Shown here piece by piece: positions 42,257-50,904 of a stretch of 64,000 nucleotides of DNA. Origin of the DNA: a virus; IMG/VR virus record IMGVR_UViG_3300022602_000039, positions 1 through 64,000 of that record; one strand, given 5' to 3'. Position numbers and translations under genes: made by a program. The notes below the pieces were generated by a model. It was not told the origin of the DNA, did not search any database, and saw nothing but the letters and a program-made list of their open reading frames with translations. The first letter of the stretch is position 1; every line of letters starts with the position of its first letter.

Positions 42257-42330
42257 TAGGACTAGCTGGGTTCGAACCAGCGACCCTGCGCTTATCAAGC
42301 GCATGCTCTGACCAGCTGAGCTATAGTCCT
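42257..42330 (-). tRNA. tRNA-Ile(GAT)
   Basis: tgcgc-ttGATaa-gcgca; no encoded CCA. Confidence 0.9.
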
Positions 42331-42335
42331 GAAAA

Positions 42336-42411
42336 TGGTACGCGAGGAGGGATTTGAACCCCCGACATTTTCCGTGTAAAGGAAACGCTACTACCCCTGA
42401 GCTACTCGCGC
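42336..42411 (-). tRNA. tRNA-Val(TAC)
   Basis: tttcc-ttTACac-ggaaa; CCA. Confidence 0.9.
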
Positions 42412-42458
42412 AATATTATTAATATATAAGCTTATTATTGTATATGCAATATAAAAGA

Positions 42459-42533
42459 TGGTGGAACCGTCGAGATTTGAACTCGAAACCAATTCGTTAA
42501 AAGCGAACTGCTCTACCGTTGAGCTACGATTCC
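42459..42533 (-). tRNA. tRNA-Lys(TTT)
   Basis: gttcg-ctTTTaa-cgaat; CCA. Confidence 0.9.
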
Positions 42534-42537
42534 AAAA

Positions 42538-42613
42538 TGGTGGAACTGCAAGGAATCGAACCTTGTTCTAAACGTCCGTAGCGTTTCGTGATATTCCATT
42601 TCACTACAGTTCC
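42538..42613 (-). tRNA. tRNA-Arg(ACG)
   Basis: aaacg-ctACGga-cgttt; CCA. Confidence 0.9.
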
Positions 42614-42631
42614 AAATTAGTGCTCAGGGAG

Positions 42632-42705
42632 AGACTCGGGTGGGAGTCGAACCCACAAAATTCTGCTCCTAAGGCAGACGGATATGCCAATTCTCCTACC
42701 GAGGC
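42632..42705 (-). tRNA. tRNA-Leu(TAG) with short variable loop and damaged 3' end
   Basis: tctgc-ctTAGga-gcaga; acceptor 3' strand runs into the 3' remnant of another tRNA (42618-42638). Confidence 0.7.
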
Positions 42706-43178
42706 GTTATTTTTTTAATGTATGATTTCTTAGCTGCTGTCGGGCAACCGTCTTTATATTTATATCTGTTTTTTCTGTATGTATCAGTTTGACTGTGACA
42801 GTTAGGACATAAAAGACGTATATTTTCTCTTCTGTTATCCAACCTATCACCGTTAATATGATCTAATTCTATAGTAATTTCTTTTCCCTGCCAGCTTTTT
42901 ATACCGCATAAAGAGCATTTATTTTCTCTCTCTCTAAAAACCCATTTGCGCAACGTTGTGCTTGGAATAAATTTTTTTGTAGTAAACACATCTGCTTCTG
43001 TTTTATAAGATTTGGGCTTTACTCTACCTTTTCCAGCAGGATTAGGATCAAATAAATCATACTCTTCAGCTTTAGTTTTAAAGACACTATAACTGCACTT
43101 AAGATATCTTGCAGCTGCCTGCATTGATAGTGTTGCAGCTATGGCACCCTTTATTTGTTCGTATGAAAAGTTTCTCAT
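42696..43178 (-). CDS. HNH endonuclease
   Basis: CSLC...IELDHINGDRLDNRRENIRLLCPNCH. Confidence 0.88.
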   Translation of the reverse strand: MRNFSYEQIKGAIAATLSMQAAARYLKCSYSVFKTKAEEYDLFDPNPAGKGRVKPKSYKTEADVFTTKKFIPSTTLRKWVFRERENKCSLCGIKSWQGKEITIELDHINGDRLDNRRENIRLLCPNCHSQTDTYRKNRYKYKDGCPTAAKKSYIKKITPR

Positions 43179-43188
43179 ACGGTTATTT

Positions 43189-43227
43189 ATGTTAGACGTA
43201 TTAATTATATTGTAATACGTCTAACAT
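43189..43227. repeat. Perfect 15-bp inverted repeat upstream of the HNH late promoter
   Basis: atgttagacgtatta-9nt-taatacgtctaacat. Confidence 0.75.
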
Positions 43228-43232
43228 TTAAA

Positions 43233-43517
43233 TTATTTACCTCGGATTACAATAATTTGAGGTTGTTGTGGTGGTACAACAATGGGGGCTGCGTAATAGG
43301 TCGGATAATAACCACCGTAGCAAGGATAATACCCACCGTAATAAGGATAATATCCACCATAGTAACCACCCCATCCGCCTACAAATCCGCCTCCCCAGCA
43401 TCCTCCTCGATAATACCCACCGCCATAGTACCCACCACCGCAGTAGTAGGCTTTGGCTGGCATCAAGCTACAGAGAAAGAGTGTAACAAGAGCAATAGCG
43501 AGTGTTTTGAGTTTCAT
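43233..43517 (-). CDS. Secreted Gly/Tyr-rich small protein
   Basis: Signal peptide ending AKA, then YYGG repeats. Confidence 0.7.
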   Translation of the reverse strand: MKLKTLAIALVTLFLCSLMPAKAYYCGGGYYGGGYYRGGCWGGGFVGGWGGYYGGYYPYYGGYYPCYGGYYPTYYAAPIVVPPQQPQIIVIRGK

Positions 43518-43558
43518 ATGAGTATTATGGCTATATTTAGTTGTATATGCAAGCAAAA

Positions 43559-43640
43559 TGGTGAGGACGGTTGGGATCGAACCAACATACTCCAGTTACA
43601 CATTTAACGACCGCTTAGAAGGCGGGTGTGATACGTCCCC
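43559..43640 (-). tRNA. Atypical tRNA-like RNA, anticodon TCT (Arg), no D arm
   Basis: Acceptor ggggacg/cgtcctc-A-CCA, T arm gttgg-ttcgatc-ccaac, ccgc-ctTCTaa-gcgg; about 8 nt in place of the D arm. Confidence 0.65.
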
Positions 43641-44033
43641 GTAAGTTTAATATTTAAACAAATCTAGAATACCTTTTTGTTTATCTAATTCCGTAATAAA
43701 ACCTTCGTCTTCAAGATATTTTTTAATACTATCCCAAGCTCGTTCTTCAAGAAAACCTCGTGTCTGAACTGCAACCTGAGTACCGTTAACTTCACAATTA
43801 AACTCCATACCACTATAAACAATAGTAAAAGAATATTGATTATGTTTTTTCATTGACGATGAAGCTCAGCAGTTGGTAGAGGCCTATATGTACGAATGAA
43901 ATTCCTGATAGGAGTACTAAAAATAAGACATGTTGATACTACGATGAGTATAGCTAGAGAACAGCTAAAGACAAGCTTCATCTTTAGTGTTTGTTTTAAT
44001 TCTGGTTGTTGTTTAAGTTGCATATATAAAAAA

Positions 44034-44056
44034 TGGTACCTGTGGTCGGATTCGAA
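44034..44056 (-). pseudogene. Orphan tRNA 3' remnant (T-loop to CCA)
   Basis: ttcgaat-ccgac-cacaggt-A-CCA. Confidence 0.7.
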
Positions 44057-44085
44057 AATAAAGATTCAAAAGCATAAATATTATT

Positions 44086-44799
44086 ATGCCTTGTTTATTT
44101 CCTATTAATATAGCTCAATCTGTTAAGAAGTGCGACGGAAAAATTATAAAATTTAAATGTGATGGTTGTGGAGAAATATACCTAAAAAGTAAAGTATATT
44201 GGTATCATAATGTCATTAACAAGAAACGCACGGTTTCTTTTTGTACTAAACAATGTGAAATGAAATATAGGTTTGTACGATGTGGTAGTATTAATGGTAA
44301 ATGTAAACAGTGTGAAAAGAATATAGTTGTGAGAAAACGTGATCAAAAGCTACGAAAAAATCACTTCTGCTCTAAAAGTTGCGCCGCTACATACAACAAT
44401 ACACATAAGCAATCAGGTACCCGCCGCTCAAGACTCGAAAAATGGATTGAGGAACAGCTTATTATTCTATATCCGAATATACAATTTAAGTTTAACAAAA
44501 AAGATGATATTGAATCAGAACTCGATATCTATATACCACATTTAAAGTTAGCGTTTGAGCTTAATGGTATATTTCATTACGAACCAATTTTTGGTAAGCA
44601 GTTACTTGAAAAAATGGAAAATAATGATCAACGAAAAATGCAAGCGTGTTTAGAACGAGGTATTGAACTTTGTATTATTAATACATCTCAGCAAACATAT
44701 TTTAAATCACGTACATCGCAAAAATATTTAGATATTATAACTAATATTATTAATAATAAAATGGTGGTCCTACCCGGGGTCGAACCGGGAAGCCTTTAG
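44086..44799 (+). CDS. Zinc-finger plus Vsr/DUF559-like PD-(D/E)XK endonuclease
   Basis: FCSKSC fingers; RSRLE...ELDIYIP..KLAFELNGIFHY. Confidence 0.8.
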   Translation: MPCLFPINIAQSVKKCDGKIIKFKCDGCGEIYLKSKVYWYHNVINKKRTVSFCTKQCEMKYRFVRCGSINGKCKQCEKNIVVRKRDQKLRKNHFCSKSCAATYNNTHKQSGTRRSRLEKWIEEQLIILYPNIQFKFNKKDDIESELDIYIPHLKLAFELNGIFHYEPIFGKQLLEKMENNDQRKMQACLERGIELCIINTSQQTYFKSRTSQKYLDIITNIINNKMVVLPGVEPGSL

Positions 44800-45046
44800 G
44801 GCAGCGGATTTTACTTACCACTATAGCTTTCGCTACTCTTTCGATTTGTGGTCTGGACTATGCCTTTACCTTTGTATTGCTACTTTAGGTAGATGATTAT
44901 AGTCTCTACACCTTCTCATTTCTGAGCTTGGCTCGGCGTTGGGAGGTTAAACCGTTCACCGAATTTACATCTTACTAATATAGAATTTCTTCTATACCGA
45001 CCCCTTACTTGTAGTCCGCTGTGTTTGCCAATTTCACCATAGGACC
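44762..45046 (-). tRNA. tRNA-Leu(TAA) interrupted by a group I intron
   Basis: Exons join to gcgga-ct|TAAaa-tccgc; long variable arm; CCA. Confidence 0.88.
44814..45012 (-). ncRNA. Group I intron (IC3-like), 199 nt, no ORF
   Basis: Follows U and ends in G; core elements aaattcggtgaa, aacgccgagccaag, gtagagacta, ggcatagtcc. Confidence 0.88.
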
Positions 45047-45426
45047 ATATTTTATTAAAGTTTTATTTTTTAAAAATTATTCATACCTCCTCTTTATTAA
45101 TACCATTTTAAGTGCACTGGCTTATTATGGCAATCAAGAAATTCACCCTGTTTAAACTCTATACACTTATAGGTACCCATCTCTTCTAGGAAGAGTTTAT
45201 CCCCAGATGTCATAGGGTTAACATACCGCATTCCATCTTTAGTAATGGGAGCATTATTACAAATATATCCAAGTTCACAAGCTGCTTTAAGAAGAGACTT
45301 ATCCTTACCGGTTCGTGATACTTTCTTCTGAGCGCGTTCAACAATACGATGGGATTTACGAAAGGATTTTTCAAGCTCTTTAGCCTTTACGTCAATGTCT
45401 TTAAGGATATATTGTTTCATTTAAAA

Positions 45427-45503
45427 TGGTGGGCCGGGTCGGAATTGCACCGACAGTCTCTACCGTTATGAGCAGTGTGTTTTAACTATTAAACTACCAG
45501 CCC
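45427..45503 (-). tRNA. tRNA(CAT), Met or Ile2
   Basis: actg-ctCATaa-cggt; gggctgg acceptor; variant T-loop tgcaatt; CCA. Confidence 0.8.
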
Positions 45504-45541
45504 CAGATTGATTTATAGTTCGAATGTGATTAAATAATAAT

Positions 45542-46033
45542 ATGAATTGTTTAAAATGCAATAAAGAACTTACAAGTAGATGGTCTAAGCGCTTTTGTAA
45601 TAAAAGTTGCGCGGCTAGCTATAATGGTAGAGTACATCCTAAGCGTAGTAAAGAGAGATTGAAATGGCCTAAGTGTAGAGAGTGTAGTAATACTGTTGTT
45701 GCAAAATATTACAAATATTGTAGGGAGTGTATTGAAAAGCGAAAACATTATCACGGTACACCTGCTGACGAGCAAACAATCGCACTTGCTTCCAGAAGAG
45801 GCGGTGCTAATCGATATGATATAATCAGAGCTCATGCACGTAGGATTTATAAAAAAGAATTAGAAGGTAGTTGTGAGAAGTGTAATTATAATAAACATGT
45901 TGAGCTTTGCCACATTAAGCCTATTTCCTCATTTGATAAAAATATAACAATAGCAGAAGTTAATAAGAGAGAAAATATTTTATTCTTATGTCCAAATTGT
46001 CATTGGGAATTTGATCATATATTACCGGAATAG
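45542..46033 (+). CDS. HNH endonuclease
   Basis: CEKC..VELCHIKPI...NILFLCPNCHWEFD; TAAATA upstream. Confidence 0.85.
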   Translation: MNCLKCNKELTSRWSKRFCNKSCAASYNGRVHPKRSKERLKWPKCRECSNTVVAKYYKYCRECIEKRKHYHGTPADEQTIALASRRGGANRYDIIRAHARRIYKKELEGSCEKCNYNKHVELCHIKPISSFDKNITIAEVNKRENILFLCPNCHWEFDHILPE

Positions 46034-46313
46034 ATAATACAACTCAAGCAAAAAAAGAAGTACACCCAATCCTATTGTACTCCATACAGTAACAGGGTGT
46101 TCCCAGATGTTCTGAATAAAGATACGAATAGGATTGAGCTTAATCATTACTCCTTATCCTCGTCGAGGATTTCCTTAATCTCCTCGTTAAGACGCTTAAT
46201 CTCATCACCGAAAGCTTTAGCTGAAGCCTTCTTACGATGTTTTGTATCTTCGAGTTCTTGGACGAGTTGATAGACTCGCTGTTCTTTACTTGGTTTTGGT
46301 TCTGTCATAAAGT

Positions 46314-46580
46314 CTAGCCCCCAGCAATCGCCGGTACAATAGAGATGATATCATTCTCTTGAATATCGTTTGTAGATAGAAATCTCATATCTTCATCGTT
46401 TACAAATATATTAATAAATCTACGAATCTCACCATTCTCATCATAGAGTCTTTCCTTGATATCGGGGTAGGAAAGACAGAGAAGCTGTAAACACTCATCT
46501 AGTGTCTTACCAAACGTTTTGATCTCTTCGCTTCCTCCAACGAGTTTTCTTAACGGTACTGGAATTCTAATTGTTGCCAT
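46314..46580 (-). CDS. MoaD/ThiS/CysO-like ubiquitin-fold sulfur carrier
   Basis: RIPVPLR...INIFVNDED...IVPAIAGG with C-terminal GG. Confidence 0.88.
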   Translation of the reverse strand: MATIRIPVPLRKLVGGSEEIKTFGKTLDECLQLLCLSYPDIKERLYDENGEIRRFINIFVNDEDMRFLSTNDIQENDIISIVPAIAGG

Positions 46581-46595
46581 AAATTTATTTAAAGT

Positions 46596-46619
46596 TGGAA
46601 GTGGGTGCGGGAATCGAAC
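46596..46619 (-). pseudogene. Orphan tRNA 3' remnant (T-loop to CCA)
   Basis: gttcgattcccgcacccacttCCA. Confidence 0.65.
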
Positions 46620-46652
46620 TTGTATCTATCCGGCTGTTCAATAAATAATAAT

Positions 46653-47357
46653 ATGAAATGCACAAATTGCAACAATGAACTTATACACCGTGATCAAAAA
46701 AAATTTTGTTGTCGGTCATGCGCGGCTTCTTATAACAATAAGATCAAGGGACCTAGGTCAATCACTACAAGGGAAAAAACGAGTAAGACATTAAAAGATC
46801 GTGCCGATAAATTAGGTAGAAAACACCCTAAGAATGGATCAATGTTTGTAAGAGTATGTCGTATATGTAAAACAGAATTTTTGCATGTGAAATATAGCAA
46901 GAATTTATGCAGCTATAAATGTCAGGTTGAACTGAAAAGATTTTTTAATAAGCAGGTTCAAGCTCAAGGTAGAGGTATATGGGCAAAACGTAGTCGAAGC
47001 AAGGGCGAAAAATTACTCGCTGAAAAATTAGCTAAAATTGGAGCTAACGTTATAACAAACAAGCACATGTTTAGTGGCTACGATGCAGATATAATTTTAC
47101 CGGATTATAAGTTAGCCATACATTGGAACGGTGCTTGGCACTGGAAGCCCTTAAGAGGTGAGCAGTTACTCAAAAAGATAAAAGCACGGGATGAAGAACG
47201 ATATAAAGCTGTTGAACAGGCAGGGTATATAAACCTTATAATTATAGACCATAAATTCACCACAGCGGAGCAAGCTGCCGATATACACTTTCGAAAGCTG
47301 GTGCGCTTGCTCGGACTTGAACCGAGACCAGGGGATTATCTATCCGAACAGGTATAA
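46653..47357 (+). CDS. Zinc-finger plus Vsr/DUF559-like endonuclease
   Basis: RSKGEK...YDADIILPDYKLAIHWNGAWH; ATG after TAAATA. Confidence 0.78.
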   Translation: MKCTNCNNELIHRDQKKFCCRSCAASYNNKIKGPRSITTREKTSKTLKDRADKLGRKHPKNGSMFVRVCRICKTEFLHVKYSKNLCSYKCQVELKRFFNKQVQAQGRGIWAKRSRSKGEKLLAEKLAKIGANVITNKHMFSGYDADIILPDYKLAIHWNGAWHWKPLRGEQLLKKIKARDEERYKAVEQAGYINLIIIDHKFTTAEQAADIHFRKLVRLLGLEPRPGDYLSEQV

Positions 47358-47388
47358 GCTGTCCTGCTCTACATTAAGCTACAAGCGC
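47299..47388 (-). tRNA. tRNA with TAT anticodon (Ile?) and long variable arm
   Basis: gcgcttg/caagcgc-A-CCA; gacag-ctTATac-ctgtt; ~20-nt variable region. Confidence 0.75.
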
Positions 47389-47428
47389 AAAAAAATTACA
47401 TTAACCCACCATTTCCATCTATTATAGA

Positions 47429-47908
47429 TTATCGCTCTAAGTGGGCAAGCTGTTTCCTTAGCTCTTTATTCTCTTTCTTGAGCTTTTCAATTTCAGATGC
47501 TTCATTAAGTCGGGCCTGATACCAACCAATACGCTTCTGTTTAACATACTCAATAATATCTCTAATTTCTTGATAATCATTAGGTACAAAGATCTCAGTT
47601 ACACCTTTAATCTTTTGATCAAGCCAGAGATTCTTCGGATACATTCTCTTAAGCTCTTCTTCAGCTTCTAGTACCTCTCTAGTTGGACCGTAAGCTGTTG
47701 TCATAATCTTTATATCCCAGAGATTGTACTCCTCATTTAGAAAGCGATGGGCAGCATCATACTTCCCTGTAACCCCTATTTTATAAAAACTCTTTACATC
47801 TTCTGTCTTCGATGTAAAACGTGCGAGATAGAGTTTAATATTTTTATATCTAAGGAGCTGTTCTTGAAACATACCCCATATTATGCTATCACTCGTCTGC
47901 AGAGTCAA
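47429..47908 (-). CDS. Putative GIY-YIG-related nuclease-fold protein
   Basis: LYLARF..FYKIGVT...RF...EEELK...GVTEIF pattern. Confidence 0.45.
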   Translation of the reverse strand: MTLQTSDSIIWGMFQEQLLRYKNIKLYLARFTSKTEDVKSFYKIGVTGKYDAAHRFLNEEYNLWDIKIMTTAYGPTREVLEAEEELKRMYPKNLWLDQKIKGVTEIFVPNDYQEIRDIIEYVKQKRIGWYQARLNEASEIEKLKKENKELRKQLAHLER

Positions 47909-48127
47909 GCAATTTCTTTAACTCTTTCATTTCATAATCATGGCGTGCTTTAAGTTCATCACACTCACGATTAAACTCTTTTAATTTCTTCTTGTTAGGT
48001 TTCGTTAAATTTATATCACAACCACTTTCAAAAATATAATCATTTATCTTCTCAGATAATTCATCCATCTTATCCTGAATCCAATCAAGATTATTATAGA
48101 TAGCAATTATCTTTTGAATAGTTTCAA

Positions 48128-48892
48128 TCATCTGTTCTCGTAATCTTTAAGATTAGTATATAGCCAATTTAGCTTATTAATGAAACGTTGATATTCTTTC
48201 TTTACCTTAGGGTTGTCCTTATTATCGTATAGATACTCTACAAATTCATGCTTACCGATCTTCTGAATTAAATCCCCTAAATGATTATCTGGTACGTCAC
48301 CACCACGAATAAATTCTTCTAATTCCTTTAGAATTTCTTTTCTCTCTTCTGGAGTTTCTGCTGCTGTATACTGATCTTCAATTACCTGAATAATATTGGT
48401 AACGTAATTATGAACCTCAACAGGATCAGTATAATAATCTAATTTACTTCTTTCGTAATGCTTACCAACGTTTTTATAAGGCTGTTTAGCATGATTTATT
48501 TCATGAACGAGTGCATCCTTAATAACAGCTCTATCATACTTTAGCTTGTAGTAATGAAGGATAATATACTCTTCATTAGTATCAGCATCATAGATATATG
48601 TACCTTTATCTAAAGATTTCTTATCAAATCCAACGTAAACAGGAATCTTCTTATCTACCTTATCCTCATCGTCGTAGAATTCAGCAATGCCTACTGTTAC
48701 AAATCCCTTGTCGTTAATAAACTTCTTATAAACTCTCTCAGGGCCTAGGCTAATAATCTTTGCTACTGGCATCTTTAATCTCTTTGGATCAAAGAGATTC
48801 ATATAAAAATCTACTATCTTGTTTACACTCTGTTGTTCAACTCCAGATAACCTATAAACACGCTCTAATACAAATTGTTTAAACGATAGCAT
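48128..48892 (-). CDS. Late protein with HExxH zinc-metallopeptidase motif and MLSFKQFVLE leader
   Basis: LVHEINHAKQ...YYTDPVE; TAAGTA upstream. Confidence 0.65.
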   Translation of the reverse strand: MLSFKQFVLERVYRLSGVEQQSVNKIVDFYMNLFDPKRLKMPVAKIISLGPERVYKKFINDKGFVTVGIAEFYDDEDKVDKKIPVYVGFDKKSLDKGTYIYDADTNEEYIILHYYKLKYDRAVIKDALVHEINHAKQPYKNVGKHYERSKLDYYTDPVEVHNYVTNIIQVIEDQYTAAETPEERKEILKELEEFIRGGDVPDNHLGDLIQKIGKHEFVEYLYDNKDNPKVKKEYQRFINKLNWLYTNLKDYENR

Positions 48893-48901
48893 TAACAATA
48901 C

Positions 48902-49084
48902 TTATCGACTAAACTTTATCTTTTTATGCATAGCTTTCTCTTTGCGCTTTTTCTTTTGAGTAGGAGTCTCAAAATATCTCTTAGCGCGTACAGTTTCTAG
49001 AACAGCATCTACATCCATTTTGTTCTTTAAACGCTTAAGTGTGCGATCGATATCTTCTCCCTTTCTTGGTACTACTGAATGCAT
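48902..49084 (-). CDS. rpsU: 30S ribosomal protein bS21
   Basis: KGEDIDRTLKRLK...RAKRYFETPTQKKKRK. Confidence 0.85.
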   Translation of the reverse strand: MHSVVPRKGEDIDRTLKRLKNKMDVDAVLETVRAKRYFETPTQKKKRKEKAMHKKIKFSR

Positions 49085-49097
49085 AAATTATTGAAAT

Positions 49098-49109
49098 TAT
49101 TTATAAATA
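49098..49109. promoter_or_regulatory. Palindromic bidirectional late promoter tatttataaata
   Basis: TATAAATA on both strands between the divergent rpsU and 49117 genes. Confidence 0.55.
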
Positions 49110-49116
49110 GTTATGT

Positions 49117-49404
49117 ATGAATTTTAAGAAATATCCAATAAATCGCTTTGCATCAGCAAGTATCAAATTATTTCTTTATATATCAATAGCGTCACTATCA
49201 TCGTTATTATCAGACTTTTCTCACTATTCTGATGATGTGCATGTTCATGATATTAATGATATGCGTTGGATCACAATCGCTATCAATGCTATTGTTCAGG
49301 GGTTAATTGCATGGAGAGCCTTCATCGATGGTTCTGTTGAACGTATTCATGAAAAGGAAAGAGAAGAGGAAGCTCTTGAACATACAGATACACACTTGCA
49401 TTAA
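49117..49404 (+). CDS. Two-helix membrane protein (holin-like?)
   Basis: Two hydrophobic segments and a charged tail. Confidence 0.5.
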   Translation: MNFKKYPINRFASASIKLFLYISIASLSSLLSDFSHYSDDVHVHDINDMRWITIAINAIVQGLIAWRAFIDGSVERIHEKEREEEALEHTDTHLH

Positions 49405-49428
49405 TAATCTACAACCATAAATCTTTTT

Positions 49429-49617
49429 ATGTCAGACTCAATTACTACATTCAAGACAATTACTGAAACATTTGTAACCGAAGCTACTAAGTTCTATGGT
49501 GGCAATAACGCCGCAGGAACACGCGCACGTAAGGCTCTTCAAGAGCTTATTAAGTTTGCACGAGCCGAGCGTAAAGCAATCCAGGAAGCCAAAGTTGCTC
49601 GTAAAGAAGCTAAGTAA
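49429..49617 (+). CDS. Histone H1-like (Hc1-type) nucleoid protein
   Basis: GNNAAGTRARKAL motif. Confidence 0.75.
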   Translation: MSDSITTFKTITETFVTEATKFYGGNNAAGTRARKALQELIKFARAERKAIQEAKVARKEAK

Positions 49618-49638
49618 AACAACTTCAATATATAAATT

Positions 49639-49666
49639 AAAACCCGGTCTTAAGACCGGGTTTTTT
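49639..49666. terminator. Bidirectional intrinsic terminator
   Basis: aaaacccggtct-ta-agaccgggtttttt between convergent genes. Confidence 0.85.
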
Positions 49667-50154
49667 ATTGTTCAGAATTAAAATCTAGAATTTCACCATC
49701 TGCAGGATCTCTTACAAATCCTTCTTTAACAAGATATTCAATAACTGTTAACAATTCATTATCAGGTATTTCTCTATCCTCATCTACACATTCTACAAAA
49801 ACCTCTACTTCACCATCCTCTTCTAGTACATCAATTTTGTACTCGATATTCTTAAGAGCTATTTCGAAGGTTTTCATTACAGTAATAGCTCTGCTATATT
49901 AATATTTAATGCTATACACCAAGCATCTTAAGTGCCTTTGGAGCTGTTACCATATTAAGAAAAAATTCTTTACCGTCCTTTGCATAAAGGACACCATAAG
50001 CTGTTGAATTACTTAGCTCTTGTTTTTGTACAGACTTTATACGTATCCAGCCTTGGAGGATAAATTCCTCTTGAGCTTGGGCGAGTATACGGAGATCGTG
50101 CTTTAATTCATCGAAATTCATGGTGTTATACTTTATTGGTAAATGTTATTAAAT

Positions 50155-50409
50155 CTAGAGTAATTCTAACTGTTCTGGAGTTTTTTCTAATTCATCCCCT
50201 TCATTCCAGTTATCTCCACAGCAATCGCATTTATATTTGATAGCTTTACCGACTACGTTATCCTTGATCTTCTTATCAATGAGATCAAGGATCTGAGTTA
50301 CAATGCCAGTACTACCGTAGTGTTCGCAATCAGGGTTACAATTTCTAACCCGATCACCAACCTTAAATTTATCTACAGATTGCTTGTGGAAGTCTTTAAA
50401 ACTAAGCAT
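50155..50409 (-). CDS. Late SH3/KOW-like small protein with MLSFKDF leader
   Basis: FKVGDRVR..G.TGIV; TAAATA upstream. Confidence 0.6.
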   Translation of the reverse strand: MLSFKDFHKQSVDKFKVGDRVRNCNPDCEHYGSTGIVTQILDLIDKKIKDNVVGKAIKYKCDCCGDNWNEGDELEKTPEQLELL

Positions 50410-50904
50410 ACAGATATTTATGTATGCTAGTTTAGATTACTTCTTTTTCTTCTTGGCAATAAACTTACCGCTCTTCTTACAACGAGCTTGCTTTATAGGT
50501 CTCTTAAGTTCCTTAACTGTCTTCTTATTAACGGTAAGTTTCAACGGTTTATTCTGACTCTGAATGGTACAATCAATAAGATAATCCATACGCTCAAAGA
50601 GATAGTCCTTGTTTCCAGCGTACCGTCCGTTAAGAAGAAGCTTCATCTCCATGGCAATATCACGTAGTGCGCTATTCTTGGTAATACCTTCTGTAATAAA
50701 ATTCTCTCTGTTTGTGGCCATCTGCCTATTAACATAGAGCGTATTACCAATTCTGTTCAATGTTGTGGAATTTGAACGAAGGGTATAGTCAATAATGGAA
50801 TCAATGATGTTTGTCATATTTCTAGTTATAGATTGAAGAGAAGGAATATGCAACTCCTTTTTAATTTCTATTGATTCTTATATAATATAGGTTAAATTTA
50901 AGAT

